From an uncultured Phycisphaerales bacterium (GTDB lineage: Bacteria > Planctomycetota > Phycisphaerae > Sedimentisphaerales > Anaerobacaceae): a stretch of DNA of 64,000 nt. A program made the position numbers and the translations under genes. The stretch spans positions 25,572 through 89,571 of the forward strand of contig CAVPZU010000001.1 of the NCBI GenBank assembly GCA_963710355.1, written 5' to 3'. This document shows, piece by piece, positions 1 through 11,331 of this stretch. Position 1 is the first letter of the stretch; every line of letters starts with the position of its first letter. Below the pieces are notes generated by a model. It was given only the letters and a program-made list of their open reading frames with translations, was not told where the DNA came from and did not search any database.

Positions 1-1
1 C

Positions 2-439
2 AACGCAAGTTTTGAAGCCAACAGCTATTCAAAGTTTCTGGGAAAACCGTATGAACCGAATGCGATTATAAAAAATGATATCGAGTTTATTCTGATGCAG
101 AGAAAACCGGGCGGTTACCGTAGACCTTCTGATTTGCAGCGTCGCCTGAGCAAGATTAAGAAGGAAGATTTTAATATCTGGTTTCGTCAGATATGGAATA
201 CGACTGGTGAAATATCTCATAAGCATCCAGCGCCTTTCCCGCTGGAAATAGCGTCCCGGCTTGTTCAGATGTTTTCTTTTGAATCGGATACAGTACTTGA
301 TCCTTTTTGCGGAACAGGAACAACATCTGTTGCCGCATTGAAGACCTTCCGAAACAGTATATCGGTTGAAATCGATGCCTCTTATTGCCAAATGGCGGCG
401 ATGCGAAATCAGGAAGGAAACTCGTCAGCTTTTTACTGA
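2..439 (+). CDS. DNA methyltransferase (N4/N6 amino-MTase family), C-terminal part; the 5' end lies outside the window
   Basis: The frame stays open back to base 2. The translation contains HKHPAPFPLEIASRLV and the AdoMet loop LDPFCGTGTTSVAA (FxGxG motif). Confidence 0.75.
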   Translation, partial: NASFEANSYSKFLGKPYEPNAIIKNDIEFILMQRKPGGYRRPSDLQRRLSKIKKEDFNIWFRQIWNTTGEISHKHPAPFPLEIASRLVQMFSFESDTVLDPFCGTGTTSVAALKTFRNSISVEIDASYCQMAAMRNQEGNSSAFY

Positions 440-569
440 TGCGAGGTTGCTGTGTTACAAAGTTGTGTCTGATGGAGTCCGGTCTAATTTGGAAGAAACA
501 GAAGAATTTTCTGATGTTGATAAAGGAATAGTGATTGTTAAATAATTCAGGTTTTGTGAGTGTTTTTAT

Positions 570-779
570 ATGCCGATTTTTGAATATAAATGCCGAAAAT
601 GCGGTAATAACTTTGAGCTGCTTGAAAAAGCCTCTGATAAGAGTAAGAGAATATGTCCTTCTTGCGGCTGCGAAGATGTTGCAAAACAAATTTCGGTATT
701 CAGTGCTGTTGTCAAGGAAGGCGAATCGAAAAAATGTCACAGTTGCAGCGATTTCAAATGTCCCCATTCGGGACATTAG
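570..779 (+). CDS. FmdB-family zinc-ribbon protein (CxxC...CxxC putative regulatory protein)
   Basis: The 69-aa product starts MPIFEYKCRKCGNNFE and continues to CPSCG, the signature of the FmdB/CxxC_CxxC_SSSS family. Confidence 0.7.
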   Translation: MPIFEYKCRKCGNNFELLEKASDKSKRICPSCGCEDVAKQISVFSAVVKEGESKKCHSCSDFKCPHSGH

Positions 780-789
780 ATATGGTTAG

Positions 790-847
790 CCCCGCAATAA
801 ATTGCGGGGTGCGCTCGTTCCAAAAGCCCCCAACTTTATGTTGGGGG
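790..847 (+). terminator. Two tandem GC-rich hairpins downstream of the zinc-ribbon gene
   Basis: The hairpins are ccccgcaat-aa-attgcgggg (790-809) and cccccaa-ctttatg-ttggggg (827-847), followed by an A/T-rich tract. Confidence 0.4.
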
Positions 848-876
848 TTAAATATATAAAAAAGGCAAATGGATAA

Positions 877-3444
<2,568 letters not shown>

Positions 3445-3459
3445 AACGGAGTCATAGCA

Positions 3460-3957
3460 ATGAACAGTGAATGCAGCAGAAGATGCTTTCTTATGCGAGG
3501 CGCAGGCGTGGCAGCAGGATTGGCGCTGGGGGGCGTTGGACTTACCGGCTGTAATAATCAGTCCAAAAAAGGAGCAGATGAAAAGATGGCATCGGAAATG
3601 ATTGCTTATTGTGGGCTAAATTGTGTCACGTGCCAGATTTATCTTGCGACAAGAGAGACAGACCTCAAAAAACAAAGGCAAATGAGGGAGCAGATTGTCG
3701 TCGCTATCAAGAAATACCTCGGCGAGGAAAAGCGGGTAGAGGACATTACCGACTGCGACGGGTGCAAGGCACGGGGCGGAAGATTGTATTCCAACTGCCA
3801 GAAGTGCCAGATAAGGAAATGCGCGAGTGAAAAGCATCTTGAGAATTGTGCATATTGCAATGAATATGCCTGCGAGAAACTGAGCAAGTTTTTTGATTCT
3901 GAAGGTGAACAAGCGGGCGCCAAAAAACGGCTGGATGAGATAAAAGCCGGGTTCTAA
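3460..3957 (+). CDS. Cys-rich DUF3795-like protein with a Tat-type signal and a lipobox
   Basis: The N-terminus has SRRCFLM (twin-arginine pattern) and LTGC (lipobox). The body has repeated CxxC motifs (CGLNCVTCQ, CDGCK, CQKCQIRKC, CAYCNEYAC), as in DUF3795. Confidence 0.6.
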   Translation: MNSECSRRCFLMRGAGVAAGLALGGVGLTGCNNQSKKGADEKMASEMIAYCGLNCVTCQIYLATRETDLKKQRQMREQIVVAIKKYLGEEKRVEDITDCDGCKARGGRLYSNCQKCQIRKCASEKHLENCAYCNEYACEKLSKFFDSEGEQAGAKKRLDEIKAGF

Positions 3958-3986
3958 AAAGTCATTTTGTATTCTGTGGCTGTCTG

Positions 3987-4514
3987 ATGTATATCGAAAT
4001 CGAAGCAAAGTTAAAAGTCGATTCTCTCGAAAGTGTTGCAGAAAAGCTGCGCCGGAGCGCCGCCGACTTTATCTCGGAACAGCTCCAGAAAGATTACTAT
4101 TTTGATGATTCAAACTCTGCATTTGCCAAATCAGACAGTTGTCTGCGAATAAGACAGCAGAGAGATAGCAGCGGTGAAAAGGTATTTTTAGCTTACAAAG
4201 GGCCGAAACACAAAAGTAATTTCAAGAAAAGAGCCGAGATAGAAATTGAGGTAAGCAATCTTGAAAAGACGCAAAAGCTGTTGTCGGCTCTGGGATATAA
4301 GGAGTCTATAGTTGTCGAAAAAAAACGGAATCTTTGGCGATTTGGAGACTGCCTTGTGGCGATCGATGATGTTTCCGACCTCGGCAGTTTTGTGGAAATA
4401 GAAGGAAGCGATGACAAAAAAATTGCGGAGGTTCAGAAAAGGCTCGGGTTGGAAAATTTGCAGCATATTAGCAGAAGCTATGCGGAACTCCTGGCAGAGA
4501 AGCTGCGTTTATAG
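3987..4514 (+). CDS. CYTH-domain protein (class IV adenylate cyclase / triphosphatase family)
   Basis: The product starts MYIEIEAKLKV, which contains the ExExK signature of CYTH. Its size is 175 aa. Confidence 0.75.
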   Translation: MYIEIEAKLKVDSLESVAEKLRRSAADFISEQLQKDYYFDDSNSAFAKSDSCLRIRQQRDSSGEKVFLAYKGPKHKSNFKKRAEIEIEVSNLEKTQKLLSALGYKESIVVEKKRNLWRFGDCLVAIDDVSDLGSFVEIEGSDDKKIAEVQKRLGLENLQHISRSYAELLAEKLRL

Positions 4515-4532
4515 ACAGAAAGATTTTGCCGA

Positions 4533-5477
4533 ATGAAGCCCGAAGATGGTTATATCTTTTATATTGTAAATCCGAAAGCCGGTGCAAGCAGCCTCAAGAT
4601 GACCAGCCGCAAGTTTGCCGATTATCTTCGGGCCAAAGGATTCAGGGTTCAGAATTTATTTACCAGCTGCCTCAATGACGGATTTGAGTTTGCAAAATCG
4701 GCTGCTGAAGACAAAGATTGCGCAATGGTGGTTGTGGTGGGAGGCGACGGCGTCATTCGGGAGGTCGCCGACGGCCTGAAGGGAAGTGAAAAACCGCTTT
4801 TGATGATACCCGGCGGAACGGAAAACCTGCTGGCGAACGAGCTCGGCTTTGATGAAACGTTCGAAACGATAATAAAAACGTTCGAGGCTGGTTTTATAAG
4901 GAATATGGACCTCGGCTGCGCAAACGGCAGATCGTTCACTTCGGTCGCAGGTTTCGGATTTGACGGCCGCGTCATCGAACGCGTCAGCCTCCAGCGGTCG
5001 GGACATATTGATTATCTCGATTATATATGGCCTATTTGGCGAACGTTTTGGGATTACAAATTTGAGCCGATGAAGGTGCAGGTCGATGGCGAACTCGTCT
5101 ATCAGGGAAGCGGAATGGTTTTTGTCGGAAACATTTCGAGATATGCTGTGGGTCTCGAAATACTGCATAAAGCCGATTTCAGCGACGGGCTGCTGGATGT
5201 CTGTATTTATAAATGTTCGAACCGCCCTCATCTTATCAAACATTCGATTCTTACGGTTTTGAAAAAACATAGCGGCCGCAACGATGTAATTTATCGTCAG
5301 GGAAAGCTGATTCAGATAAGCTCCGATTGTCTGGATATTGCAACGGAAATCGACGGCGACCCCGGGCCTGCCCTGCCCGTCGAAATCAGGGTCATACAGC
5401 AGGCCATAAGGGTTATGGTGCCGAAAGACGCCAGACCCGCAGGTATAAGGACAAGGCTTATCAGGGCAATCGGATAA
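4533..5477 (+). CDS. Diacylglycerol/lipid kinase family protein (YegS/BmrU-like)
   Basis: Contains the DAGK catalytic-domain motifs VVVGGDGVIREVADGL and PGGTENLLANELG. Confidence 0.8.
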   Translation: MKPEDGYIFYIVNPKAGASSLKMTSRKFADYLRAKGFRVQNLFTSCLNDGFEFAKSAAEDKDCAMVVVVGGDGVIREVADGLKGSEKPLLMIPGGTENLLANELGFDETFETIIKTFEAGFIRNMDLGCANGRSFTSVAGFGFDGRVIERVSLQRSGHIDYLDYIWPIWRTFWDYKFEPMKVQVDGELVYQGSGMVFVGNISRYAVGLEILHKADFSDGLLDVCIYKCSNRPHLIKHSILTVLKKHSGRNDVIYRQGKLIQISSDCLDIATEIDGDPGPALPVEIRVIQQAIRVMVPKDARPAGIRTRLIRAIG

Positions 5478-5496
5478 TATAAATGAAATATTAAAG

Positions 5497-5627
5497 TACT
5501 CTGTAGAAAAGCAACCAATTTATTTGTCATACCTGCGAAAGCAGGTATCCAGAAACGAAAAAATCAAGTCTGGATTTTCGCTTGTGCGGGAATGACAGAA
5601 AGCAAACGCACGTTTTCTACAGAGCAG
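5497..5627. mobile_element. MITE-like nested palindromic element flanked by an 8-bp direct repeat
   Basis: Terminal inverted repeats are ctctgtagaaaa (5499-5510) and ttttctacagag (5614-5625). The direct repeat TATTAAAG occurs at 5489-5496 and 5628-5635. The inner arms tgtcat...atccaga (5525-5553) and tctggat...atgaca (5569-5597) each carry their own hairpin. Confidence 0.45.
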
Positions 5628-5654
5628 TATTAAAGATGAAAATGGAGTTATAAA

Positions 5655-6503
5655 GTGAGTATTATTATTGGTGACAGCGGCAAAGGGAGAACGAAGGCGT
5701 CGAGACCGGTAGAGGTTGGTTTAAATAAACCGTTGTTTGTAATGGCTGGCCCCTGCGTTATTGAGAGCAAAAAGCTGTGCCTCGATATTGCCGACAGCCT
5801 CGTTGCGATTGGACAAAGGCTCGGCATCGGCATAATCTTCAAGGCCAGTTTTGACAAGGCCAACCGTTCAAGCATATCGAGCTTCCGCGGTCTTGGTTTG
5901 AAAAAGGGTTTGGAGATTCTCGCCTCGGTCCGCAACCAGACGGGTTTGCCTGTTATGACCGATGTTCACGAGCCGGCACAGGTCCCGGCTGTCGCAAAAG
6001 TTGCCGATTGCCTTCAGGTGCCGGCCTTTTTGTGCAGACAGACAGACCTGCTTTGTGCCTGTGCAAAAACCGGCACGCCCGTAAATGTCAAAAAAGGCCA
6101 GTTCCTTTCGCCAGATGAAATGAAAAATGTTGTGAAAAAAATAAGGGCCTGCGGTAATGATAAAATAATCCTTACCGAGCGCGGCACGTTTTTCGGTTAT
6201 AACCGGCTGGTAAATGATATGACAGCTATTGAGGCTATGAAAAAACTCGGCTGTCCTGTGGTTTTCGATGCCACGCACAGCACCCAGCAGCCGGGCGGCC
6301 TCGGCAGTGTCTCCGGTGGCCGGAGGGAAATGGCTCCGCTTCTTGCCAAGGCGGCGGTCGCAGCTGGCGCTAACGGCCTGTTTATCGAAGTCCACACCGA
6401 CCCCGACCGGTCAAAATCAGACGCCGCCTTAATTATGCCTATCGACTGGCTCGAGGATTTGTTGATTGTATGTATGGACATTTTTAAGACAGTTCACGGA
6501 TAA
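5655..6503 (+). CDS. kdsA: 3-deoxy-8-phosphooctulonate (KDO8P) synthase
   Basis: 282 aa with KASFDKANRSS and ATHSTQQPGG motifs. GTG start. Confidence 0.93.
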   Translation: MSIIIGDSGKGRTKASRPVEVGLNKPLFVMAGPCVIESKKLCLDIADSLVAIGQRLGIGIIFKASFDKANRSSISSFRGLGLKKGLEILASVRNQTGLPVMTDVHEPAQVPAVAKVADCLQVPAFLCRQTDLLCACAKTGTPVNVKKGQFLSPDEMKNVVKKIRACGNDKIILTERGTFFGYNRLVNDMTAIEAMKKLGCPVVFDATHSTQQPGGLGSVSGGRREMAPLLAKAAVAAGANGLFIEVHTDPDRSKSDAALIMPIDWLEDLLIVCMDIFKTVHG

Positions 6504-6506
6504 ATA

Positions 6507-7457
6507 ATGACGCAAGAGCGGTATATTTTTGGGCCGGTGCCTTCGAGAAGGCTGGGACACAGCCTCGGCCTTGATATCGTGCCGGCGAAGGTCTGCTCCC
6601 TTGATTGCATTTATTGTCAGGTCGGCAGAACAACCCAAAAAACCATCGAACGCAAAGAATACGTCCCTGTACAAAAAGTTCTCGATGAGCTTAACGCCAG
6701 GATTGAAAAGGGTTTGCAGGCGGACTTCATTACCATAAGCGGTTCGGGAGAGCCGACGTTGAACTCGCGGCTGGGGTTTCTTATCGACGAAATTAAAAAA
6801 ATTACCGATATTCCGGTCGCTATTTTGACAAACGGGACATTGCTTTACAGGCAGGATGTAAGGATTGATTGTGCAAAGGCGGATGTGGTCCTGCCATCGC
6901 TCGATGCCGCCGATGAGCAGACCTTTGCAAAGATAAACCGGCCTCATCCCGATATCAGTATAGAAAAATGGGTTGCTGGCCTGGTTCAATTCAGAAAGGA
7001 ATACGCCGGACAAGTTTGGTTGGAGGTATTTATCGTTGATGGGGTCAATACCGGCGGTGCGGAAATTGCGGCAATTAAAAAGGCGATAGAGCGAATCGGG
7101 CCTGATAAGGTGCAGCTTAATACTGCCGTCAGGCCCACAGCAGAGCCGGGCGTCAAAAGAGTCAGCCCTGCCGCTTTGCTGAGAATCGCACACCTGATAG
7201 GCCCCAATTGCGAGGTAATAGCCGATTTTCCCAAAAAAGAGCGGCCTGACAAAGGCGGACAACCCCCCCACAAGGAAGGCGGGCAGGCTGAAGACCTGTT
7301 ATCAATGCTGAAACGCAGACCCTGTTCGCTTGAAGATATATGTAATGGCCTGGGACTCGAAAAAAATCAGGCCTCGGAATATATTAGCCGACTCCAGAGC
7401 AGGGGGCTTGTTTGTTCCGAGCAGAGAAACGGCGTAATGTTTTTCATCGCAAAGTAA
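6507..7457 (+). CDS. Radical SAM protein
   Basis: Contains the CSLDCIYCQ (CxxxCxxC) cluster motif after GPVPSRRLGHSLG, and the glycine-rich ISGSGEPT. Confidence 0.8.
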   Translation: MTQERYIFGPVPSRRLGHSLGLDIVPAKVCSLDCIYCQVGRTTQKTIERKEYVPVQKVLDELNARIEKGLQADFITISGSGEPTLNSRLGFLIDEIKKITDIPVAILTNGTLLYRQDVRIDCAKADVVLPSLDAADEQTFAKINRPHPDISIEKWVAGLVQFRKEYAGQVWLEVFIVDGVNTGGAEIAAIKKAIERIGPDKVQLNTAVRPTAEPGVKRVSPAALLRIAHLIGPNCEVIADFPKKERPDKGGQPPHKEGGQAEDLLSMLKRRPCSLEDICNGLGLEKNQASEYISRLQSRGLVCSEQRNGVMFFIAK

Positions 7458-7668
7458 ACAGACACGCCTTTTTGTTCACACACCAAAATTTTTGAATTTT
7501 CTTTTTTTCCTCCTCTTTTTGTAATCAGTTTTAGTAAAGCCCTAAACCGTATTGGCCGATAAAACCATAGTGGTTTCTTTGCGGATGGAGATTTTATCTA
7601 CTCTAAATTTTTTTTTGCTTAAGAGAACTCTTTTACGACCGATAATTAGATTATCAAAGACAACTTTT

Positions 7669-7908
7669 ATGGATGGAACGAAGAGACAATTAGTTCTGCA
7701 TAAGGGGGCGGAAAAGTATGTCTTTCGCTACGAAAAGGGTAGTGAGGACAAGCTGCTTGACGCCCTGATAGAGCAGGCCAAGGACAAAAGAACCAGTTTC
7801 GACTGGTTTGATGCGGCTGTTGTAAGTTTTAGACTCACACAGTCCCTCATCGGGCAGGCAGATGAAATTTTACGGCAAAATGCAAATATAAAAGTTCGCA
7901 CGAGTTAG
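7669..7908 (+). CDS. Hypothetical small protein
   Basis: This is an ORF only. I prefer the internal ATG at 7669 over the listed start at 7552, because the upstream part looks non-coding. I recognise no family. Confidence 0.3.
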   Translation: MDGTKRQLVLHKGAEKYVFRYEKGSEDKLLDALIEQAKDKRTSFDWFDAAVVSFRLTQSLIGQADEILRQNANIKVRTS

Positions 7909-7933
7909 CAGATTTTGTTTAGGATAGAAAATT

Positions 7934-8968
7934 ATGGAAAACACTCCGGTAATTCAGGAATTTCTAAACTATTTAAGCTTTGAGAAGAGATTTTCGGAGC
8001 ACACTGCAAAATGCTATGGAGCGGACCTGAGGCAGTTTGGCTTCTTTCTTGCAACAGGAACCGAGATAAACCATCAGGCTGGTGAGACCGCCTTCGGCGG
8101 GTCAGGAACCGCTCATCAGCAGGGCGGCGTCGCAACTGCAGTAGAAACCCATACCGAGACCGAAATCGACCACCTGCTCGTCGACGCTTCTATAGATTCT
8201 GTCAGAAACTATATGGTGCATCTGACCGGCAGGCAGCAGTCGAAGTCCACCATTGCACGCAAACTGGCGACACTGCGGAGCTTCTATAAATTCCTTGTCA
8301 AACGCAACCTCGTCAAGAGCAACCCAGTTCTGCTGATAAGAACGCCAAAACAGGAAAGAAAACTCCCCAAATTCCTCGAATATGAACAGGTCAAGAGGCT
8401 GCTCGAAACTCCGCCCGCCGACAATTGGCTCGGCGCCCGCGACAGGGCTATTATGGAAACCCTTTACAGCACAGGCGTAAGGGTCAGCGAGCTTGTGGCC
8501 CTCAATCTCGATGATGTCGATTTCCTCAGCGAGGTAACCCACATTCGCGGCAAAGGCAAAAAGGAAAGGATTGTTCCCATCGGCTCATCGGCTTTGCAGT
8601 CGATTCAGCATTATATGGAGTTCAGAAACAAAAGGGCACAGAGCAGCGATGGCTTCGATTCAAAGGTCTTGTTCGTAAATAAGCACGGAAAGCGCCTCAG
8701 CACCAGAAGCGTTCGCCGGAAAATGGATAAATACCTCCTGATGGCAGGCCTCGACCCCTCAATCAGCCCGCATACACTCCGGCACAGCTTTGCGACGCAT
8801 ATGCTAAACAACGGCGCAGACCTCCGCAGCGTTCAGGAGCTGCTCGGCCATCAGTCGCTCTCAACAACCCAGATTTATACTCACCTTACCACAAAGAAAC
8901 TCAAAGAGGTCTATGACATCGCCCATCCGCGGGATAGTCAGTCAAAACCCGAGCCGAATAACAACTGA
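7934..8968 (+). CDS. xerC: Tyrosine recombinase XerC/XerD family
   Basis: Contains ARDRAIMETLYSTGVRVSEL, HTLRHSFATHML and LGHQSLSTTQIYTH (the R-H-R-Y catalytic set). Confidence 0.9.
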   Translation: MENTPVIQEFLNYLSFEKRFSEHTAKCYGADLRQFGFFLATGTEINHQAGETAFGGSGTAHQQGGVATAVETHTETEIDHLLVDASIDSVRNYMVHLTGRQQSKSTIARKLATLRSFYKFLVKRNLVKSNPVLLIRTPKQERKLPKFLEYEQVKRLLETPPADNWLGARDRAIMETLYSTGVRVSELVALNLDDVDFLSEVTHIRGKGKKERIVPIGSSALQSIQHYMEFRNKRAQSSDGFDSKVLFVNKHGKRLSTRSVRRKMDKYLLMAGLDPSISPHTLRHSFATHMLNNGADLRSVQELLGHQSLSTTQIYTHLTTKKLKEVYDIAHPRDSQSKPEPNNN

Positions 8969-9029
8969 ATAAAACTGTAGAATTTATTCCCGCTGCTTTC
9001 TTACAAAGGCAGAAATGGGGCTTAAATCA

Positions 9030-9060
9030 AAAAAGACCGCTCAAAAGCGGTCTTTTTGTT
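9030..9060. terminator. Bidirectional intrinsic terminator between convergent genes
   Basis: The sequence is aaaaa-gaccgc-tcaaaa-gcggtc-ttttt, a stem flanked by an A-tract and a T-tract. It lies between xerC (+) and the capD-like gene (-). Confidence 0.6.
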
Positions 9061-9190
9061 TTATCAAAAATGGATATGGAAGTTATATGAAGTTATATTT
9101 TGAACAATTTGGCCTTATCCGGTTGAACGACAGGAAAGGCTTTGGTGGAGCTTTTTTGCGGGCAGGTATGATTTGTTGTATGTCTGTCGT

Positions 9191-11134
9191 TTAATTATGA
9201 TTATTATTGTTGCCGGCGTATTCCGGAACCAGTTCTTTGATTTTGCGGACTATTGCGGAACGATTCTGGGCCTTGGCGATATCGATTAGCTCATTTATGC
9301 CCGCCTCCAGCTTTTGCCGGTCGGTCGGGATATTTTTCCAGATGCTGATTTTCGGATGCCTTGTCGGCTGCATATTCTCGCCTTGTATGGAAAGCTCCTC
9401 GAAAAGTTTTTCCCCCGGGCGCATTCCCGTGAAGGCAATTTCAATATCCTCGCCCGGCCGAAAGCCGCTCAGGATTACAAGTTCTCTCGCAAGGTCGATG
9501 ATTTTTACCGGCTCACCCATATCGAGAACGAAAATCTCGCCGCCTTTACCCATAGAAGCCGCCTGCAGAACAAGCTGGCTGGCCTCCGGTATCGTCATAA
9601 AATACCGCTTCATTTCGGCATCGGTTACGGTCACAGGGCCGCCCTCCGCAATTTGCTGTTTGAAAATCGGTATCACAGAGCCGTTGGACCCGAGAACATT
9701 GCCGAAACGGACCGTTACAAAATTAGTTCTGCTGGTCTGACTTAGATTTTGGATATACATCTCCGCAATTCGCTTTGTAGAACCCATAATGCTCGTGGGG
9801 TTGACGGCCTTGTCGGTGCTTATCATAACGCAGTTGCTGCTGCCGAATTTATCGGCAGTATCGGCCACAATTTTGCTTCCGATTATATTGTTCTTGATGG
9901 CCTCGCCGGGATTTAGCTCCATCAGCGGAACGTGTTTGTGGGCGGCAGCGTGGATGACGACTTCAGGCCTGTATTCGGCGAATATCTGTTCTACCCTTGT
10001 TTTATCGGTTATATCGCAAATAAGAGTCGTCAGAGGAACATCAGGGTATGTTTTTTTCAGTTCTCTCTCGATATAGAACAATGGATTTTCCGCCTGCTCC
10101 ACCAGAAGAAGCAGCTTTGGCTTAAAGTTGCACAATTGCCTGCACATTTCGGAACCGATTGAGCCGCCTGCGCCGGTGACGAGAATAGTCTTGTTGGTGG
10201 CGAATTCGCCGATTAAATCGAGGTCGAGCTGGACGACTTCCCTGCCGAGCAGGTCATTAATATCGACATCGCGTATCTGTGAAACCTTGAACCTGCCCGA
10301 AGCAATATCGGTAATGGACGGCACCATGCGAAAGCGGATTTTTATGCCTTCGCAGACCCGGATTACATGTCTTAACTGCTGATGGGTTGCTGATGGTATC
10401 GCAATGGCAATTTCTTCGATGTTGTGGTCCGCACAAATCTTCGGCAGTTCGTCAATAGTGCCTAATACGGGTATGCTGTGAATGTTGATGCCCTGTTTCA
10501 TCGGGTCGTCATCGACGAAACCAACCACATCGTATTGGGTCACCGGCATACGATGAATTTCCCGCAGCAGCGCCTCGCCTGCGTTTCCTGCGCCGACGAT
10601 AAGGAATCGTTTCAGCCTTCCCCCCTCGATGGCGCGAAAGTCCTCATAATAGAGACGAATCACCATACGCAGGCCGCCTAACAGCAGGAATGTAAAGAAC
10701 ATATCAGAAACGAAAATGCTCTGGTTAATTTCCGTCAGGTTTGCCATCGAAGGAAATTTACGAAGCGTGCCCAAAAAAAGCACGAACCATAAGGCAACAA
10801 TGATGAATGTGCTTACAAGAGAGGCGGCGCCGATATCAAGCAGGTCGGATATGCCCACATACCGCCACCAGCCCCGATATTGTTTTGAAAAGCCGAACAC
10901 AGGCAGTTTGATTATGATGAAGAAAACAAGCAGTTTCGGGTATTGTTCGCCAAACCACGTGCGGTTGAACTGCATATTGTTGGCCAGTATGAAGGAGAGC
11001 ATCAGGGCCGCCGCAAAGCAAAGCAGATGTCCGCAGATAATCAGAATCTTGCGGAATTTCAGCAGCGTTGCGGGCGGCGGAGATATTATTGTTTGAAAGG
11101 TTTTGTCTTTCGTTTTTTTACTTGTTTTAGACAT
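9191..11134 (-). CDS. Polysaccharide biosynthesis protein, CapD/PglF/WbpM-like membrane NDP-sugar 4,6-dehydratase
   Basis: 647 aa with N-terminal TM helices, two Rossmann motifs (VGAGNAGEAL; LVTGAGGSIGSE), and a CapD-like C-terminal half. Confidence 0.85.
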   Translation of the reverse strand: MSKTSKKTKDKTFQTIISPPPATLLKFRKILIICGHLLCFAAALMLSFILANNMQFNRTWFGEQYPKLLVFFIIIKLPVFGFSKQYRGWWRYVGISDLLDIGAASLVSTFIIVALWFVLFLGTLRKFPSMANLTEINQSIFVSDMFFTFLLLGGLRMVIRLYYEDFRAIEGGRLKRFLIVGAGNAGEALLREIHRMPVTQYDVVGFVDDDPMKQGINIHSIPVLGTIDELPKICADHNIEEIAIAIPSATHQQLRHVIRVCEGIKIRFRMVPSITDIASGRFKVSQIRDVDINDLLGREVVQLDLDLIGEFATNKTILVTGAGGSIGSEMCRQLCNFKPKLLLLVEQAENPLFYIERELKKTYPDVPLTTLICDITDKTRVEQIFAEYRPEVVIHAAAHKHVPLMELNPGEAIKNNIIGSKIVADTADKFGSSNCVMISTDKAVNPTSIMGSTKRIAEMYIQNLSQTSRTNFVTVRFGNVLGSNGSVIPIFKQQIAEGGPVTVTDAEMKRYFMTIPEASQLVLQAASMGKGGEIFVLDMGEPVKIIDLARELVILSGFRPGEDIEIAFTGMRPGEKLFEELSIQGENMQPTRHPKISIWKNIPTDRQKLEAGINELIDIAKAQNRSAIVRKIKELVPEYAGNNNNHN

Positions 11135-11331
11135 ATCTTTTTATCGTCAAAACTGCCCGACAGGATTAGCTGCACCAGTTATTATAGCAGCAGATTAGGT
11201 CGGTTGTCAAACCTTCTGCGGTCCTTATTGTGTCCCAAAAACGGACAAAATGTCCTTATGGGCGGGGTTTTTAAAGACCTTTTTCGCTGCAGCGGCGACT
11301 TGTGGTGAGCCTGTCGAACCCACGGGATTAT

